Below the pieces are notes generated by a model, which worked only from the letters and a program-made list of their open reading frames with translations, searched no databases and was not told the DNA's origin. From an uncultured Pseudomonadota bacterium (GTDB lineage Bacteria > Pseudomonadota > Alphaproteobacteria > JACZXZ01), in contig CAVVLJ010000004.1 of NCBI GenBank assembly GCA_963749075.1, positions 224,001-288,000 of the forward strand: DNA of 64,000 bases, read 5' to 3'. Every line of letters starts with the position of its first letter. The stretch's first letter is position 1. Positions 41,165 to 51,071 of the stretch are shown here, piece by piece. The position numbers and the translations under genes are program-made.

Positions 41165-41300
41165 AGCGCAGAGGGCGCGGGGGAAGCGCCGAGGACGCAG
41201 GGATCGCGCGCCCTTCGAGGGCGGCCGCCGCGCGGGCGGCGTCACTCCAGATTCTCCTCCGCGCCCGCTGCGCAACCTCGGCGCCCTCCGCGCCGATGCG
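41165..41300. repeat. Long imperfect intergenic inverted repeat
   Basis: GCGCAGAGGGCGCGG...GCGCCGAGG..CGCAG versus CTGCG..CCTCGGCGC..CTCCGCGC. Confidence 0.4.
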
Positions 41301-41312
41301 ACTCTTCTGCCG

Positions 41313-41795
41313 CTAGCGCTCGCGGAAGCGCGCCTGGTCGCGCTCGTTGATGAGCTGCAGCAGCACCTGGCGGAAGCCCTCGACGGCCTCGGCACCGGCC
41401 TCGCGGAAGGCGCGCGCGAAGCGCTCGCGCTGGCGCAGTGTTAAGGCCTGCTCGAGCTCGCAGCCGCGCTCGGTGAGCTCGAGGCGGCGCTGGCGCCGGT
41501 CGGTCGGGCCGGGCCGCTGCACCACCACGCCGTCGCGCACGAGCTGGCCGAGCACGCGCGACAGGCTCTGCTTGGTGATGCGCAGGATGGTCAGGAGCTC
41601 GGTCACGCTGATCCCCGGATAGCGCTTGACGAAATAGATGACGCGGTGATGCGCGCGGCCGTAATCGTGCTCGGCGAGCAGCCGGTCCGCCTCGACCGTG
41701 AAGTCGCGATAGGCGAAGAAGAGGAGCTCCATGCCGCGGCGGAGATCCTCCTCGCGCAGGAAGAGCTGATTGAAGCCCGACTTTAAGTCAGCCAT
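41313..41795 (-). CDS. MarR family regulator (PetP-like)
   Basis: ELLFFAYRDFT, GRAHHR, ITKQSL.RVL, DRRQR.L.LT. Confidence 0.9.
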   Translation of the reverse strand: MADLKSGFNQLFLREEDLRRGMELLFFAYRDFTVEADRLLAEHDYGRAHHRVIYFVKRYPGISVTELLTILRITKQSLSRVLGQLVRDGVVVQRPGPTDRRQRRLELTERGCELEQALTLRQRERFARAFREAGAEAVEGFRQVLLQLINERDQARFRER

Positions 41796-41883
41796 GTTGA
41801 CGTATATGCCGTGGAATGCTACCTGAGGCAAGGGGGCGCACGCCGACCGCGCGCGGGCGCTTGGAATCATTCAGCCACGGACG

Positions 41884-42786
41884 ATGCCCGAGATGTCACT
41901 CATCCCTTTCGACGACCGTGACGGCACCATCTGGTTCGACGGCCATCTCATCCCCTGGCGCGACGCGAAGCTGCATGTGCTGAGCCACGGGCTGCACTAC
42001 GCGAGCTGCGTGTTCGAGGGCGAGCGCGTCTACCACGGCAGCGTCTTCAAGCTGACCGACCACAGCGAGCGCCTCGTCACCTCGGCGCGCATCCTCGACT
42101 TCGAGATTCCCTGGTCGGTCGCCGAGATCGACAAGGCGTGCAACGAGGTGGTGGTCGCCAACGACATCACTGACGGCTACGTGCGTCCGCTCGCCTGGCG
42201 CGGCAGCGAGATGATGGGCGTCTCGGCGCAGTCGAGCAAGATCCACCTGGCGATCGCCGCCTGGCCCTGGCCCTCCTACTTCTCGCCCGAGGCGCGGCTC
42301 AAGGGCATCCGCATGTGCTGGGCCAAGTACGCGCGGCCCTCGCCCCACACGGCGCCGACCTCGAGCAAGGCGGCGGGCCTCTACATGATCTGCACGATCA
42401 GCAAGCACGCGGCCGAGCGCGCGGGCTACGCGGACGCGCTCATGCTCGACTGGCGCGGCCAGATCGCCGAGGCGACCGGCGCCAACGTCTTCCTCGTGCG
42501 CAACGGCGAGCTCCATACGCCCACCCCCGACTGCTTCTTGAACGGCATCACGCGGCGCACGGTGATAGCACTCGCCGAGGAGCACCAGATCAAGGTGCAC
42601 GAGCGCGCCATCATGCCGGCCGAGCTGGCGACGACCCAGGAGGTCTTCATCTGCGGCACCGCCGCCGAGGTGACGCCGGTGGCCGAGATCGGCGAGTACC
42701 AGTTCAAGGTCGGGCCGGTCACGCGCCTTCTCATGGAGAGCTACGACAAGCTGGTGCGCCGCGGCGGCAAGAGCAAGGCGGCCTGA
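41884..42786 (+). CDS. ilvE: Branched-chain amino acid aminotransferase
   Basis: HGLHYAS.VFEG.R, KAAGLY, EATGAN, L.GITR, GTAAEVTP. Confidence 0.94.
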   Translation: MPEMSLIPFDDRDGTIWFDGHLIPWRDAKLHVLSHGLHYASCVFEGERVYHGSVFKLTDHSERLVTSARILDFEIPWSVAEIDKACNEVVVANDITDGYVRPLAWRGSEMMGVSAQSSKIHLAIAAWPWPSYFSPEARLKGIRMCWAKYARPSPHTAPTSSKAAGLYMICTISKHAAERAGYADALMLDWRGQIAEATGANVFLVRNGELHTPTPDCFLNGITRRTVIALAEEHQIKVHERAIMPAELATTQEVFICGTAAEVTPVAEIGEYQFKVGPVTRLLMESYDKLVRRGGKSKAA

Positions 42787-42867
42787 GCGTCGCGCCCTTG
42801 CTTTAGTCGCGCGGCATGACAGGGCCGCAATGTCCACGCCGCTCAAGCCCACCTCGGGAGCCCGGCC

Positions 42868-45837
42868 ATGGCGGTGAGCGCCGGTACAGCTGCGGCGCCT
42901 TGGGTCGGGCGCTCGCTGCCGCGCGTCGAGGATGCGGCACTCCTCACCGGGCGCGGACGCTTCATCGACGATCTCGGCGTCCCGCCGGGCACGCTCCATG
43001 CGGCGATCCTACGCTCGCCCCACGCGCATGCCGAGATCGCAGCGATCGATGCCGCGCGCGCCCGGGGCCTGCCCGGCGTCGCCGCCGTGCTGACCGGCAA
43101 GGACGTGCAAGCGAGGAGCGCCGGCCTCGTCGTCGGTATCAAGGCGCCCATCGAGTGCTGGCCGATCGCCACCGATCGCGTGCGCTACGTGGGCGAGCCG
43201 ATAGCCGTGGTCGTGGCGCGCGACCGCTACGTCGCGGAGGACGCGCTCGACCTTATCGAGGTCCGCTACGCGCCGCTTGGAGCCGTCGTCGATCCGCGCG
43301 CAGCACTCGAGCCCGATGCGCCGGTGCTTCACCCGGGCCTCGGCGGCAACCTCGCGAGCGACCGCAGCTTCCGCTACGGCGACCCGGAGAGCGCCTTCGC
43401 CACAGCACCGCACAGGATCGCGATCGAGGTGAGCTATCCGCGCAACGCCTGCACGCCGATCGAGACCTATGGCGTGATCGCGGATTACGATCCGGCGCTC
43501 GACGCCTATGACGTGACGGCCAATTTCCAGGGGCCGTTCAGCATCCACGCGGTCATCGCCCGCGCGCTCAGGGTGCCGGGCAACCGCTTGCGCCTGCGCA
43601 CGCCGCCCGAATCCGGCGGCAGCTTCGGGGTCAAGCAGGGCGTCTTCCCCTACATCGTGCTCATAGCACTTGCCGCGCGCGCGGCCGGCCGGCCGGTCAA
43701 ATGGATCGAGGACCGCCTGGAGCATCTGGCGGCCTCGGCCTGCGCCACCAACCGCTTCACGCGGCTCGAGGCGGCGGTCGGCGGCGACGGCCGCATCCTG
43801 GCGCTCGCCTGGGACCAGATCGAGGATTGCGGCGCCCATCTCCGGGCGCCCGAGCCGGCGACGCTCTATCGCATGCACGGTAACATGAGCGGCGCCTACG
43901 ACGTCCGCCATCTCGCGATCCGCAACCGGGTCGTGCTCACCAACAAGATGCCGACCGGCCTCAACCGCGGCTTCGGCGGGCCGCAAGTCTATTACCCGCT
44001 GGAGCGGCTGGTGCAGCGCATCGCGCGCAAGTTGGGAGTCGACCCGCTCGAGGTGATCCGCCGCAATCTGGTGCGGCCCGAGGCGCTGCCCTACCGCACG
44101 GCCACCGGCGCCCTCCTCGATTCAGGCGACTATCCCGCGGCGATGGAGGCAGCGCTCGCCGAGGGCGGGCACGCGGAGCTCAGCCGCCGCCGCGACGCGG
44201 CGCGGGCGGAGGGGCGTCTCTACGGCATCGGCTATGCGGCGGTGGTGGAGCCGAGCGTCTCCAACATGGGCTACATCACGACCGTGCTGAGTGCCGCCGA
44301 GCGCCGCCGCGCCGGGCCCAAGGGAGGCGCCCAGGCGACCGCCACCATCGCCCTCGACCCGCTCGGCTCCGTGAGCGTCCACGTGGCCTCCGTGCCGCAG
44401 GGCCAGGGCCATCGCACGGTGTTAGCGCAAGTCGTGGCCGACGCTCTCGGCCTGCGGCCGCAGGACATCCGCGTCGTCACCGACATCGACACAGGGAAAG
44501 ACGCCTGGTCCATCGCGTCGGGCAATTATTCGAGCCGTTTCGCCCCCGCGGTCGCCGGTGCGGCACATCTCGCGGCCACGCGTCTGCGCGAGCGCCTGGC
44601 GCGCATCGCCGCCGCCCGGCTCAACGTGCCGGCCGCGGAGGTCGTCTTTGCAGGAGGTCGCGTCGAGGCGCGCGGCAATGCGGACAATGCCGTGCCCTTC
44701 GCCCGGCTCGCCGCCGCCTCCCATTGGGCGCCGGGCACGCTGCCCGCCGGAGCCGGCCAGGCGATCCGCGAGACCGTGTTCTGGACGCCGCCGGAGCTCG
44801 CGGCGCCGAACGAGGCCGACGAGGTCAACAGCTCGCTCTGCCACGGCTTCATCTTCGATCTGTGCGGCGTCGAGGTCGACCGCATGACCGGCGCCGTCAG
44901 GATCGAGCGCTACGTAAGCATGCATGATTGCGGCCGCATCCTCCATCCCGGCATGGTCGCCGGCCAGGTGCAGGGCGGCTTCGCCCACGGCCTGGGTGCC
45001 GCCTTGCTGGAGGAGCAGGCTTACGGCCCGGACGGCAGCCTGCTCTCCGGCACGCTCGCCGATTACCTGATCCCGACGGCGATGGAGGTGCCGGCGCCGC
45101 ACATCCTCCATCGCGAGACGCCGTCGCCCCTCACCCCGCTCGGCGCCAAGGGCGTGGGCGAGGGCAACTGCATGTCGACGCCCGTCTGCATCGCCAATGC
45201 CGTGGCCGACGCGCTCGACATGGACGACATCTCGCTCCCGCTCCTGCCGGCGCGGCTTGCGGCGCACCTCCACGGCCCGGAAGCGGCGGCGCCGAAGACG
45301 GCTCCCGCCAGCGCGCCCGCGGGGGCCGCCTCCGGCCGCAGGCTCTTCGGCGAGGGAGGGGCGGCCGTCGAGGCGCCCGCGGCGAAAGTCTGGGCGATGC
45401 TGCTCGACCCCGAGACGCTCCTCGCGGCGGTGCCGGGAGCGCATGCCATCGAGAAGCTTTCGGATACGCGTTTCCGCGCGGAGCTCACGCTCGGCGTGGG
45501 GCCGGTCAAGGGCCGCTACCGCGCGGAGATCGCACTCTCGGACGCGCTGCCGCCGCAATCCGTCACCTTGGCCGGCTCGGCCGAGGGCGCCCTCGGCTTC
45601 GGCCGCGGCACGGGCCATGTGAGCTTGCGCGAGGAGGCGGCGGGCCGCACGACCATAGCCTACCGCTACGAGGCGGCGATCGGCGGCAAGATCGCGTCGA
45701 TCGGCGGCCGGCTCCTCGACGGTGCCGCGCGCGTCATCATCGCGCAGTTCTTCGCGGCCTTGGCGCGGCAGGCGGGCCGCCGCCGGCCGGGCGGCCTCTT
45801 CGCCTGGCTGCGGCGCATCCTCCGGGGGCGGCCATGA
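42868..45837 (+). CDS. hmfA: 2-furoyl-CoA dehydrogenase large (molybdopterin) subunit with C-terminal CoxG-like domain
   Basis: Xanthine dehydrogenase/CoxL motifs (RSPHAHA, GGSFG.K, RGFG.PQ, QGQGH.T, GAKGVGE) plus an SRPBCC tail; gene order matches hmfABCDE. Confidence 0.85.
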   Translation: MAVSAGTAAAPWVGRSLPRVEDAALLTGRGRFIDDLGVPPGTLHAAILRSPHAHAEIAAIDAARARGLPGVAAVLTGKDVQARSAGLVVGIKAPIECWPIATDRVRYVGEPIAVVVARDRYVAEDALDLIEVRYAPLGAVVDPRAALEPDAPVLHPGLGGNLASDRSFRYGDPESAFATAPHRIAIEVSYPRNACTPIETYGVIADYDPALDAYDVTANFQGPFSIHAVIARALRVPGNRLRLRTPPESGGSFGVKQGVFPYIVLIALAARAAGRPVKWIEDRLEHLAASACATNRFTRLEAAVGGDGRILALAWDQIEDCGAHLRAPEPATLYRMHGNMSGAYDVRHLAIRNRVVLTNKMPTGLNRGFGGPQVYYPLERLVQRIARKLGVDPLEVIRRNLVRPEALPYRTATGALLDSGDYPAAMEAALAEGGHAELSRRRDAARAEGRLYGIGYAAVVEPSVSNMGYITTVLSAAERRRAGPKGGAQATATIALDPLGSVSVHVASVPQGQGHRTVLAQVVADALGLRPQDIRVVTDIDTGKDAWSIASGNYSSRFAPAVAGAAHLAATRLRERLARIAAARLNVPAAEVVFAGGRVEARGNADNAVPFARLAAASHWAPGTLPAGAGQAIRETVFWTPPELAAPNEADEVNSSLCHGFIFDLCGVEVDRMTGAVRIERYVSMHDCGRILHPGMVAGQVQGGFAHGLGAALLEEQAYGPDGSLLSGTLADYLIPTAMEVPAPHILHRETPSPLTPLGAKGVGEGNCMSTPVCIANAVADALDMDDISLPLLPARLAAHLHGPEAAAPKTAPASAPAGAASGRRLFGEGGAAVEAPAAKVWAMLLDPETLLAAVPGAHAIEKLSDTRFRAELTLGVGPVKGRYRAEIALSDALPPQSVTLAGSAEGALGFGRGTGHVSLREEAAGRTTIAYRYEAAIGGKIASIGGRLLDGAARVIIAQFFAALARQAGRRRPGGLFAWLRRILRGRP

Positions 45838-46661
45838 AGCCGGCGCGCTTCGATTACATCGCGGCAGCGAGCAGCGAGGAGGCGTTGGCGGCGCTCGCCG
45901 AGGAGGGCTCGAGCGCGCGCGTGCTTGCCGGCGGCCAGTCGCTCCTGCCGATGCTGAACATGCGGCTGGCGCGGCCGGGGGTGCTGGTCGACATCATGGG
46001 CATCGCCGACTGGCGCCGCGTCGAGGACGACGGCAAAGCACTCCGCATCGGCGCTGCCGTGCGCCAGGCGGCACTCGAGCGGCTGCCGGACTTGGCACGG
46101 CGCCAGCCCCTGCTCGCGGCAGCACTGCCCTGGGTCGGCCATCCCCAGACGCGCAGCCGCGGCACGGTGTGCGGCTCGGTCGCCCACGCCGACCCCAGCG
46201 CAGAGCTGCCGCTCGTGCTGGTCGCCCTCGGCGGGCACGTGCATCTGCGCTCGGCCAAGCGTGCGCGCAAGCTGCCGGCCGAGGCGTTCTTCACCGGCAT
46301 GATGGCGACCGCGTGCGCCGACGATGAGCTGGTCGAGGCCGTGTCGCTGCCGAAAGCACGGCCGGGAACGGGCTACGCCTTCCGCGAGGTGGCGCGGCGC
46401 CACGGCGATTTTGCCATCATCGGCTGTGCCGCCGTGGTGGAGGGCGATGGCGCCCGCCTCGCGATCGGCGGCGTCGCCGACCGGCCGATCGCGCGCCAAG
46501 TGCCCAAGCCGGACGCCAAGGAGCTCGACGAGGCGCTCGACGCTTTTGCCTGGTCGCTCGAGGCGCGCGACGATCTCCATGCCACGGCGCGCTACCGGCG
46601 CGAGCTGGTGCGAAGGCTCGGCCGTGCCACCCTCGAGGAGGCAGCAACATGCCGCGGCTGA
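45834..46661 (+). CDS. hmfB: 2-furoyl-CoA dehydrogenase FAD subunit
   Basis: MKPARFDY, AGGQSL.PM, RGT.CGS.AHADP.AE, RRHGDFA. Confidence 0.85.
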   Translation: MKPARFDYIAAASSEEALAALAEEGSSARVLAGGQSLLPMLNMRLARPGVLVDIMGIADWRRVEDDGKALRIGAAVRQAALERLPDLARRQPLLAAALPWVGHPQTRSRGTVCGSVAHADPSAELPLVLVALGGHVHLRSAKRARKLPAEAFFTGMMATACADDELVEAVSLPKARPGTGYAFREVARRHGDFAIIGCAAVVEGDGARLAIGGVADRPIARQVPKPDAKELDEALDAFAWSLEARDDLHATARYRRELVRRLGRATLEEAATCRG

Positions 46662-47155
46662 CGGGCGAGCGCCGCCATCTCGTGAGCTTCACGCTCAACG
46701 GCGAGAGCGTCGCGGGCGAGGCCGAGCCGCGCATGCTGCTGAGCGATTTCCTCCGCCACGTACTCGGCTGGACCGGCACCCACGTCGGCTGCGAGCACGG
46801 CGTCTGCGGCGCCTGCACGGTCGAGATCGACGGGGCTCCGGCGCGCGCCTGCCTCGCCCTCGCCGTGCAAGTGCGGGGCGCCGATATCCGCACCGTCGAG
46901 GGACTGGCGCCAGCACCGGACCGGCTCTCGGTCCTCCAGGAGTGCTTCCGCACCCATCACGGCCTGCAATGCGGCTTCTGCACGGCCGGCATCCTCGTCT
47001 CGCTCGCGGCCCTGCTGCGTGAGCGGCCGGCGGCCTCGGAGGCGGAGATCCGCGAGACGCTTGCCGGCCATCTCTGCCGCTGCACCGGCTATGTTTCCAT
47101 CATGGAGGCGGCACTCGCCGCGCAAAGGCACCTGGGGAAGACGACGGATGCTTGA
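46649..47155 (+). CDS. hmfC: 2-furoyl-CoA dehydrogenase 2Fe-2S subunit
   Basis: [24 protein letters not shown]. Confidence 0.87.
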   Translation: MPRLTGERRHLVSFTLNGESVAGEAEPRMLLSDFLRHVLGWTGTHVGCEHGVCGACTVEIDGAPARACLALAVQVRGADIRTVEGLAPAPDRLSVLQECFRTHHGLQCGFCTAGILVSLAALLRERPAASEAEIRETLAGHLCRCTGYVSIMEAALAAQRHLGKTTDA

Positions 47156-48713
47156 TCTCGGCACCAGCTTTCTCGCGAGCGTCGCGCGCGATCCCGAGGC
47201 GGTCGCGATCGTCGACGGCGAGCTGCGCCTCACCTACGCGGCGTGGTTCGGGAGGATCTCCGCCGTGGTTGCGGGACTGGATGCGCTCGGCCTCGGCATC
47301 GGCGACCATCTCGCGAGCGTGCTGCAGAACCGCTGGGAGGCGGCGACGCTCCACTGGGCCTGCCAGTTCGCCGGCATCATCCTGACGCCGCTCAACTGGC
47401 GGGTCAAAAGCGGCGAGCTCGACTTTTGCCTGGGCGATGCCGACGCGGCACTCCTCCTCTACGAGGGCGTCGCGGCCGAGGCCGTGGCGCGCTCGGCGAG
47501 AGCCCGGCAGCTGCCGCGCGTCCGCGTGGGCGAGCCTGCTGCGGGAGAGACCGCCTTCTCGGCACTGCTGGCGGCGCCAAGCCCCGGGGCCGCACCCCGC
47601 GTCGACGCCGAGGCCTGGTCGCTCATGCTCTATACCTCGGGCACCACCTCGCGGCCCAAGGGCGTGCCGCGGCGCCATCGCGCCGAGCGCGCAGCCGCCC
47701 TCGCCCATGTGGCGCAGAACCTCTACGGCCGCGGCGAGCGCACGCTCGGCGTCATGCCGCTCTATCACACCATGGGCGTGCGCTCGCTCCTCGCCATGTC
47801 GCTCCTCGGCGGCACCTTCGTCTGCCTGCCGCGGTTCGACGCCAAGGCGGCGCTCGAGCTCATCGCGCGCGAGCGCATCACCAACCTCTATCTGGTGCCG
47901 ACGCTCTACCACGATCTCGTCCATCATGCCGATTTTGCCGCCTCCGAGGTCGGCTCGGTGCGCAAGCTCGGCTTCGCCGGCGCGCCGATGACCGAGGCGC
48001 TTTTGCAGAAGCTCGACGCGGCGTTCAAGCCGGCGCTCTTCGTGAACCACTACGGGAGCTCCGAGGTCTACACCTGCACGGTCGACCAGCGGGCGGCGGC
48101 AAAGCCGGGCTCGGCCGGCCGCGCCGGGTTGAACCAGCTGATCCGCGTGGTGAAGCTGGGTGCGGCTCGGCCCGATGCGCTGGCGGCTCCCGGCGAGGAG
48201 GGCGAGATCGTCGCCCTCCTTAGCGGCGACGAGGCCTTCGAGGGCTATTGGCGGCGCGCGGAAGCCGACGCCAAGGCGCTCCGCGGCGGCTGGTACTTCA
48301 CCGGCGACACCGGCTATTTCGATGCCGCGGGCGACCTCTACGTCACCGGGCGCGTCGACGACATGATCATCACCGGCGGCGAGAACGTCTCGCCCGTCGA
48401 GGTCGAGAGCTGCCTCTCGCTGCATCCGGCGGTCTCGGAGGTCGCGGTCGTGGGCCTGGCCGACGAGCGCCTGGGCCAGGCGGTCGTCGCTTTCGTCAAG
48501 TGCTCAGCCCCGCTCGAGAGCGCCGAGCTCGACGCCTTCTGCCGCCACTCCGGCCTGGCGAACTTCAAGCGCCCGCGCCGCTTCCTTTTCGTCAACGAAA
48601 TCCCGAAATCGCCGGTCGGCAAGCTCTTGCGGCGCAAGCTGGTCGAGGGCGACTATCGGCTCGCCGATGCCGTCCCGCGCCAAGGAGAGGAGCCGAGACA
48701 TGAGCGAGACTGA
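47148..48713 (+). CDS. hmfD: 2-furoate--CoA ligase (AMP-binding)
   Basis: YTSGTT..PKG, YGSSE, TGD, GRVDDMII.GGEN, PKS..GK. Confidence 0.82.
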   Translation: MLDLGTSFLASVARDPEAVAIVDGELRLTYAAWFGRISAVVAGLDALGLGIGDHLASVLQNRWEAATLHWACQFAGIILTPLNWRVKSGELDFCLGDADAALLLYEGVAAEAVARSARARQLPRVRVGEPAAGETAFSALLAAPSPGAAPRVDAEAWSLMLYTSGTTSRPKGVPRRHRAERAAALAHVAQNLYGRGERTLGVMPLYHTMGVRSLLAMSLLGGTFVCLPRFDAKAALELIARERITNLYLVPTLYHDLVHHADFAASEVGSVRKLGFAGAPMTEALLQKLDAAFKPALFVNHYGSSEVYTCTVDQRAAAKPGSAGRAGLNQLIRVVKLGAARPDALAAPGEEGEIVALLSGDEAFEGYWRRAEADAKALRGGWYFTGDTGYFDAAGDLYVTGRVDDMIITGGENVSPVEVESCLSLHPAVSEVAVVGLADERLGQAVVAFVKCSAPLESAELDAFCRHSGLANFKRPRRFLFVNEIPKSPVGKLLRRKLVEGDYRLADAVPRQGEEPRHERD

Positions 48714-49494
48714 CGCGCGCCTTCTGGGCCTGGACGGCTTCCGTGTCGAGCTGCGGCCTGAGCGCGCGTGCGCCTCTGTGATCCTCGACCGCCCGCCCCT
48801 CAACGTCATCACCATGCCGCAGCGCGACCAGATCCGCCGGGCGTTCGAGGCGCTCGACGAGGACGCGCGCGTGCGCGTGATCGTGCTGCGCGCCGCCGGC
48901 GAGCACTTCTCCTCGGGCGGCTACATCAAGGGCTTCGTCGAGGCCTCGCCCGAAGAGGTCTCCAGGCTTGCCTGGAACATCGCGGCCCCGGCGCGCTGCT
49001 CGAAGCCGGTCATCGCCGCCAACCGCGGCTTCTGCTTCGGCGTCGGCTTCGAGCTCTCGCTCGCCTGCGATTTCCGCCTCGTCTCGGAGACCTGCCAATA
49101 CGCGCTGCCGGAGCAGAAGCTCGGCCAGATCCCGGGCTCGGGCGGCTCGGCGCGGCTGCAGAAGATCGTCGGCATCACGCGCACCAAGGACATCGTCATG
49201 CGCTCCAAGCGCATTCCGGCGAAGCAGGCCTACGAGTGGGGCATCGCCACCGAGGTCGTGCCGGACGACAAGCTGGAGGCGGCGGCCGAAGCGCTCGCCG
49301 AGGAACTGAGCGCATTCGCGCCGCTCGCCCAGCGCACGGCGAAGAAGCTCCTCAACGATACCGAGGACGCCTCGCTGTCGCTTGCCATCGAGCTCGAGGG
49401 CCATTGCTACAGCCGGCTGCGCTCGTCCGAGGATTTCCGCGAGGGCGTGGCCGCCTTCCACGAGAAGCGCGCGCCCAAGTTCCGCGGGCTGTGA
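48700..49494 (+). CDS. hmfE: 2-oxoglutaroyl-CoA hydrolase (crotonase fold)
   Basis: Enoyl-CoA hydratase fold (FSSGG, GVGFELSLACD, LPE..LG.IPGSGG); position after the ligase. Confidence 0.82.
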   Translation: MSETDARLLGLDGFRVELRPERACASVILDRPPLNVITMPQRDQIRRAFEALDEDARVRVIVLRAAGEHFSSGGYIKGFVEASPEEVSRLAWNIAAPARCSKPVIAANRGFCFGVGFELSLACDFRLVSETCQYALPEQKLGQIPGSGGSARLQKIVGITRTKDIVMRSKRIPAKQAYEWGIATEVVPDDKLEAAAEALAEELSAFAPLAQRTAKKLLNDTEDASLSLAIELEGHCYSRLRSSEDFREGVAAFHEKRAPKFRGL

Positions 49495-49515
49495 GGAGAC
49501 GGGGAGGGCCAAACC

Positions 49516-50931
49516 ATGTCCGATGCTCTTCGCGCCAACGCGCCGGCGGCGGTGCCGGTCGCCACGCTGCGCGGCTGGCTCGACCACCTGGCGGAGCACG
49601 GCCGCTTGGCCGTCATCCGCCCGGGTGCTGCGCTGCGCTTCGAGCTCGCGGCGATCGCCAAGCGGCTCGACGGAGAGAAAGCGACCTTCTTCCCGCGCCC
49701 CGGCGGCCACGCGATCCCGGTGGTCTCGGGCCTGCTCGGCGCGCGCGCCTGGATCGCCGATGCCATGGGCGTGCCGGCGGACGCCATCCTCGCGCGCTTC
49801 AGCGAAGCAGCAGCCAATCCGCTGCCGTGGCGCGAGGTCGCCTCGGCGCCGGTGCAGGAGGTGGTGCACGACGAGGTGGACCTGGAGCGCCTCTTGCCGA
49901 TCCCCACCCACAACGAGCTCGACAGCGGCCCCTACATCAGCGCCGGGCTGATGATCGCGCGCAACCCGCTGACGGGCGTGCAGAACGTCGCCATCCACCG
50001 CTGCCAATTGAGTGGACCCGACAGGCTCGGCGTGCTGCTGCTGCCGCGCCACACTCTCGCCTTCTACCAGGCGGCCGAGCAGGCGGGCGAGGCACTCGAG
50101 ATCGCCATCGTCATCGGCGTCGATCCCTTGACTGCACTCGCCTCCCAGGCGATCGTGCCGATCGACCACGACGAGCTGGAGATCGCCGGCGCCTTGCACG
50201 GCGAGCCGCTCGAGGTGGTGAAATGCCTGAGCAATGCGGTGCGCGTGCCCGCCGGCGCCGAGATCGTGCTCGAGGGCCGGCTCCTGCCGCGGACACGCGA
50301 GCCCGAGGGGCCCTTCGGCGAATTCCCGCAATATTACGGCGAGCGCGCCGAGCGGCACGTGGCGAAGATCGAGCGCATCACGCATCGGCGCGATGCCATC
50401 TTCCACACCATCGTCGGCGGCGCCAACGAGCATCTCTTGCTCGGCGCCATCCCGCGCGAGGCGACGCTCCTCGGCCATCTTAAGCGCAATTTCCCGGGCG
50501 TGCTCGACGTGCACCTCTCGATGGGCGGCGTCGGGCGCTACGTGCTCTACGTCAAGCTGCGCAAACGCGAGGAAGGCGAGGCCAAGAACGTGATCATGGG
50601 CGCCTTCGCCGGGCACTACGACGTGAAGCAGGTGGTGGTGGTCGACGAGGACATCGACATCGCAAGCGCGCGCGAGGTCGAATGGGCGGTGGCCACGCGC
50701 GCCCAGGCCGACCGCGACCTGGTCGTCGTCGCCAACAGCCAGGGCTCGAAGCTCGACCCCTCGTCGGAGAACGGCGTCGGCGCCAAGATGGGGATCGACG
50801 CCACCGTCCCCTTGGCAGCACCACCGGGGAAGTTCAAGCGCATCCACGTGCCAGGCGAGGAGAGCGTCGACCCCGCGGCGGTCATCGACAGCGCCGCTGG
50901 CGGCGATTGGCGGCGCGGACTCGGAGGGTAG
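49516..50931 (+). CDS. hmfF: UbiD-family prFMN decarboxylase, 2,5-furandicarboxylate decarboxylase-like
   Basis: N.AIHR, EGPFGEF..YY, VVVVDEDID....EVEWA.ATR, LDPS, KMGIDAT. Confidence 0.82.
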   Translation: MSDALRANAPAAVPVATLRGWLDHLAEHGRLAVIRPGAALRFELAAIAKRLDGEKATFFPRPGGHAIPVVSGLLGARAWIADAMGVPADAILARFSEAAANPLPWREVASAPVQEVVHDEVDLERLLPIPTHNELDSGPYISAGLMIARNPLTGVQNVAIHRCQLSGPDRLGVLLLPRHTLAFYQAAEQAGEALEIAIVIGVDPLTALASQAIVPIDHDELEIAGALHGEPLEVVKCLSNAVRVPAGAEIVLEGRLLPRTREPEGPFGEFPQYYGERAERHVAKIERITHRRDAIFHTIVGGANEHLLLGAIPREATLLGHLKRNFPGVLDVHLSMGGVGRYVLYVKLRKREEGEAKNVIMGAFAGHYDVKQVVVVDEDIDIASAREVEWAVATRAQADRDLVVVANSQGSKLDPSSENGVGAKMGIDATVPLAAPPGKFKRIHVPGEESVDPAAVIDSAAGGDWRRGLGG

Positions 50932-50993
50932 CGTTTGGAATCATTGCGGCGCAGGACCGCCTTCCCATCGACCACTCCTCAACGGGCGGTCGA

Positions 50994-51028
50994 TCCCCCT
51001 CGAGGGGGAGGGTTGGGGTGGGGGGTGG
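50994..51028. repeat. Partial copy of the G-rich REP-like element
   Basis: TCCCCCTCGAGGGGGAGGGTTGGGGTGGGGGGTG. Confidence 0.7.
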
Positions 51029-51071
51029 CACTGTCTCACAACAAAATCATCGCACCCGGAGGGGGATTGAC

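Noticed and set aside
42868-47155. Aerobic CO dehydrogenase (coxLMS)
   Set aside because: The active-site loop is GLNRGFG rather than AYxCSFR/AYRGAGR, and the ligase-crotonase-UbiD context points to furoyl-CoA dehydrogenase
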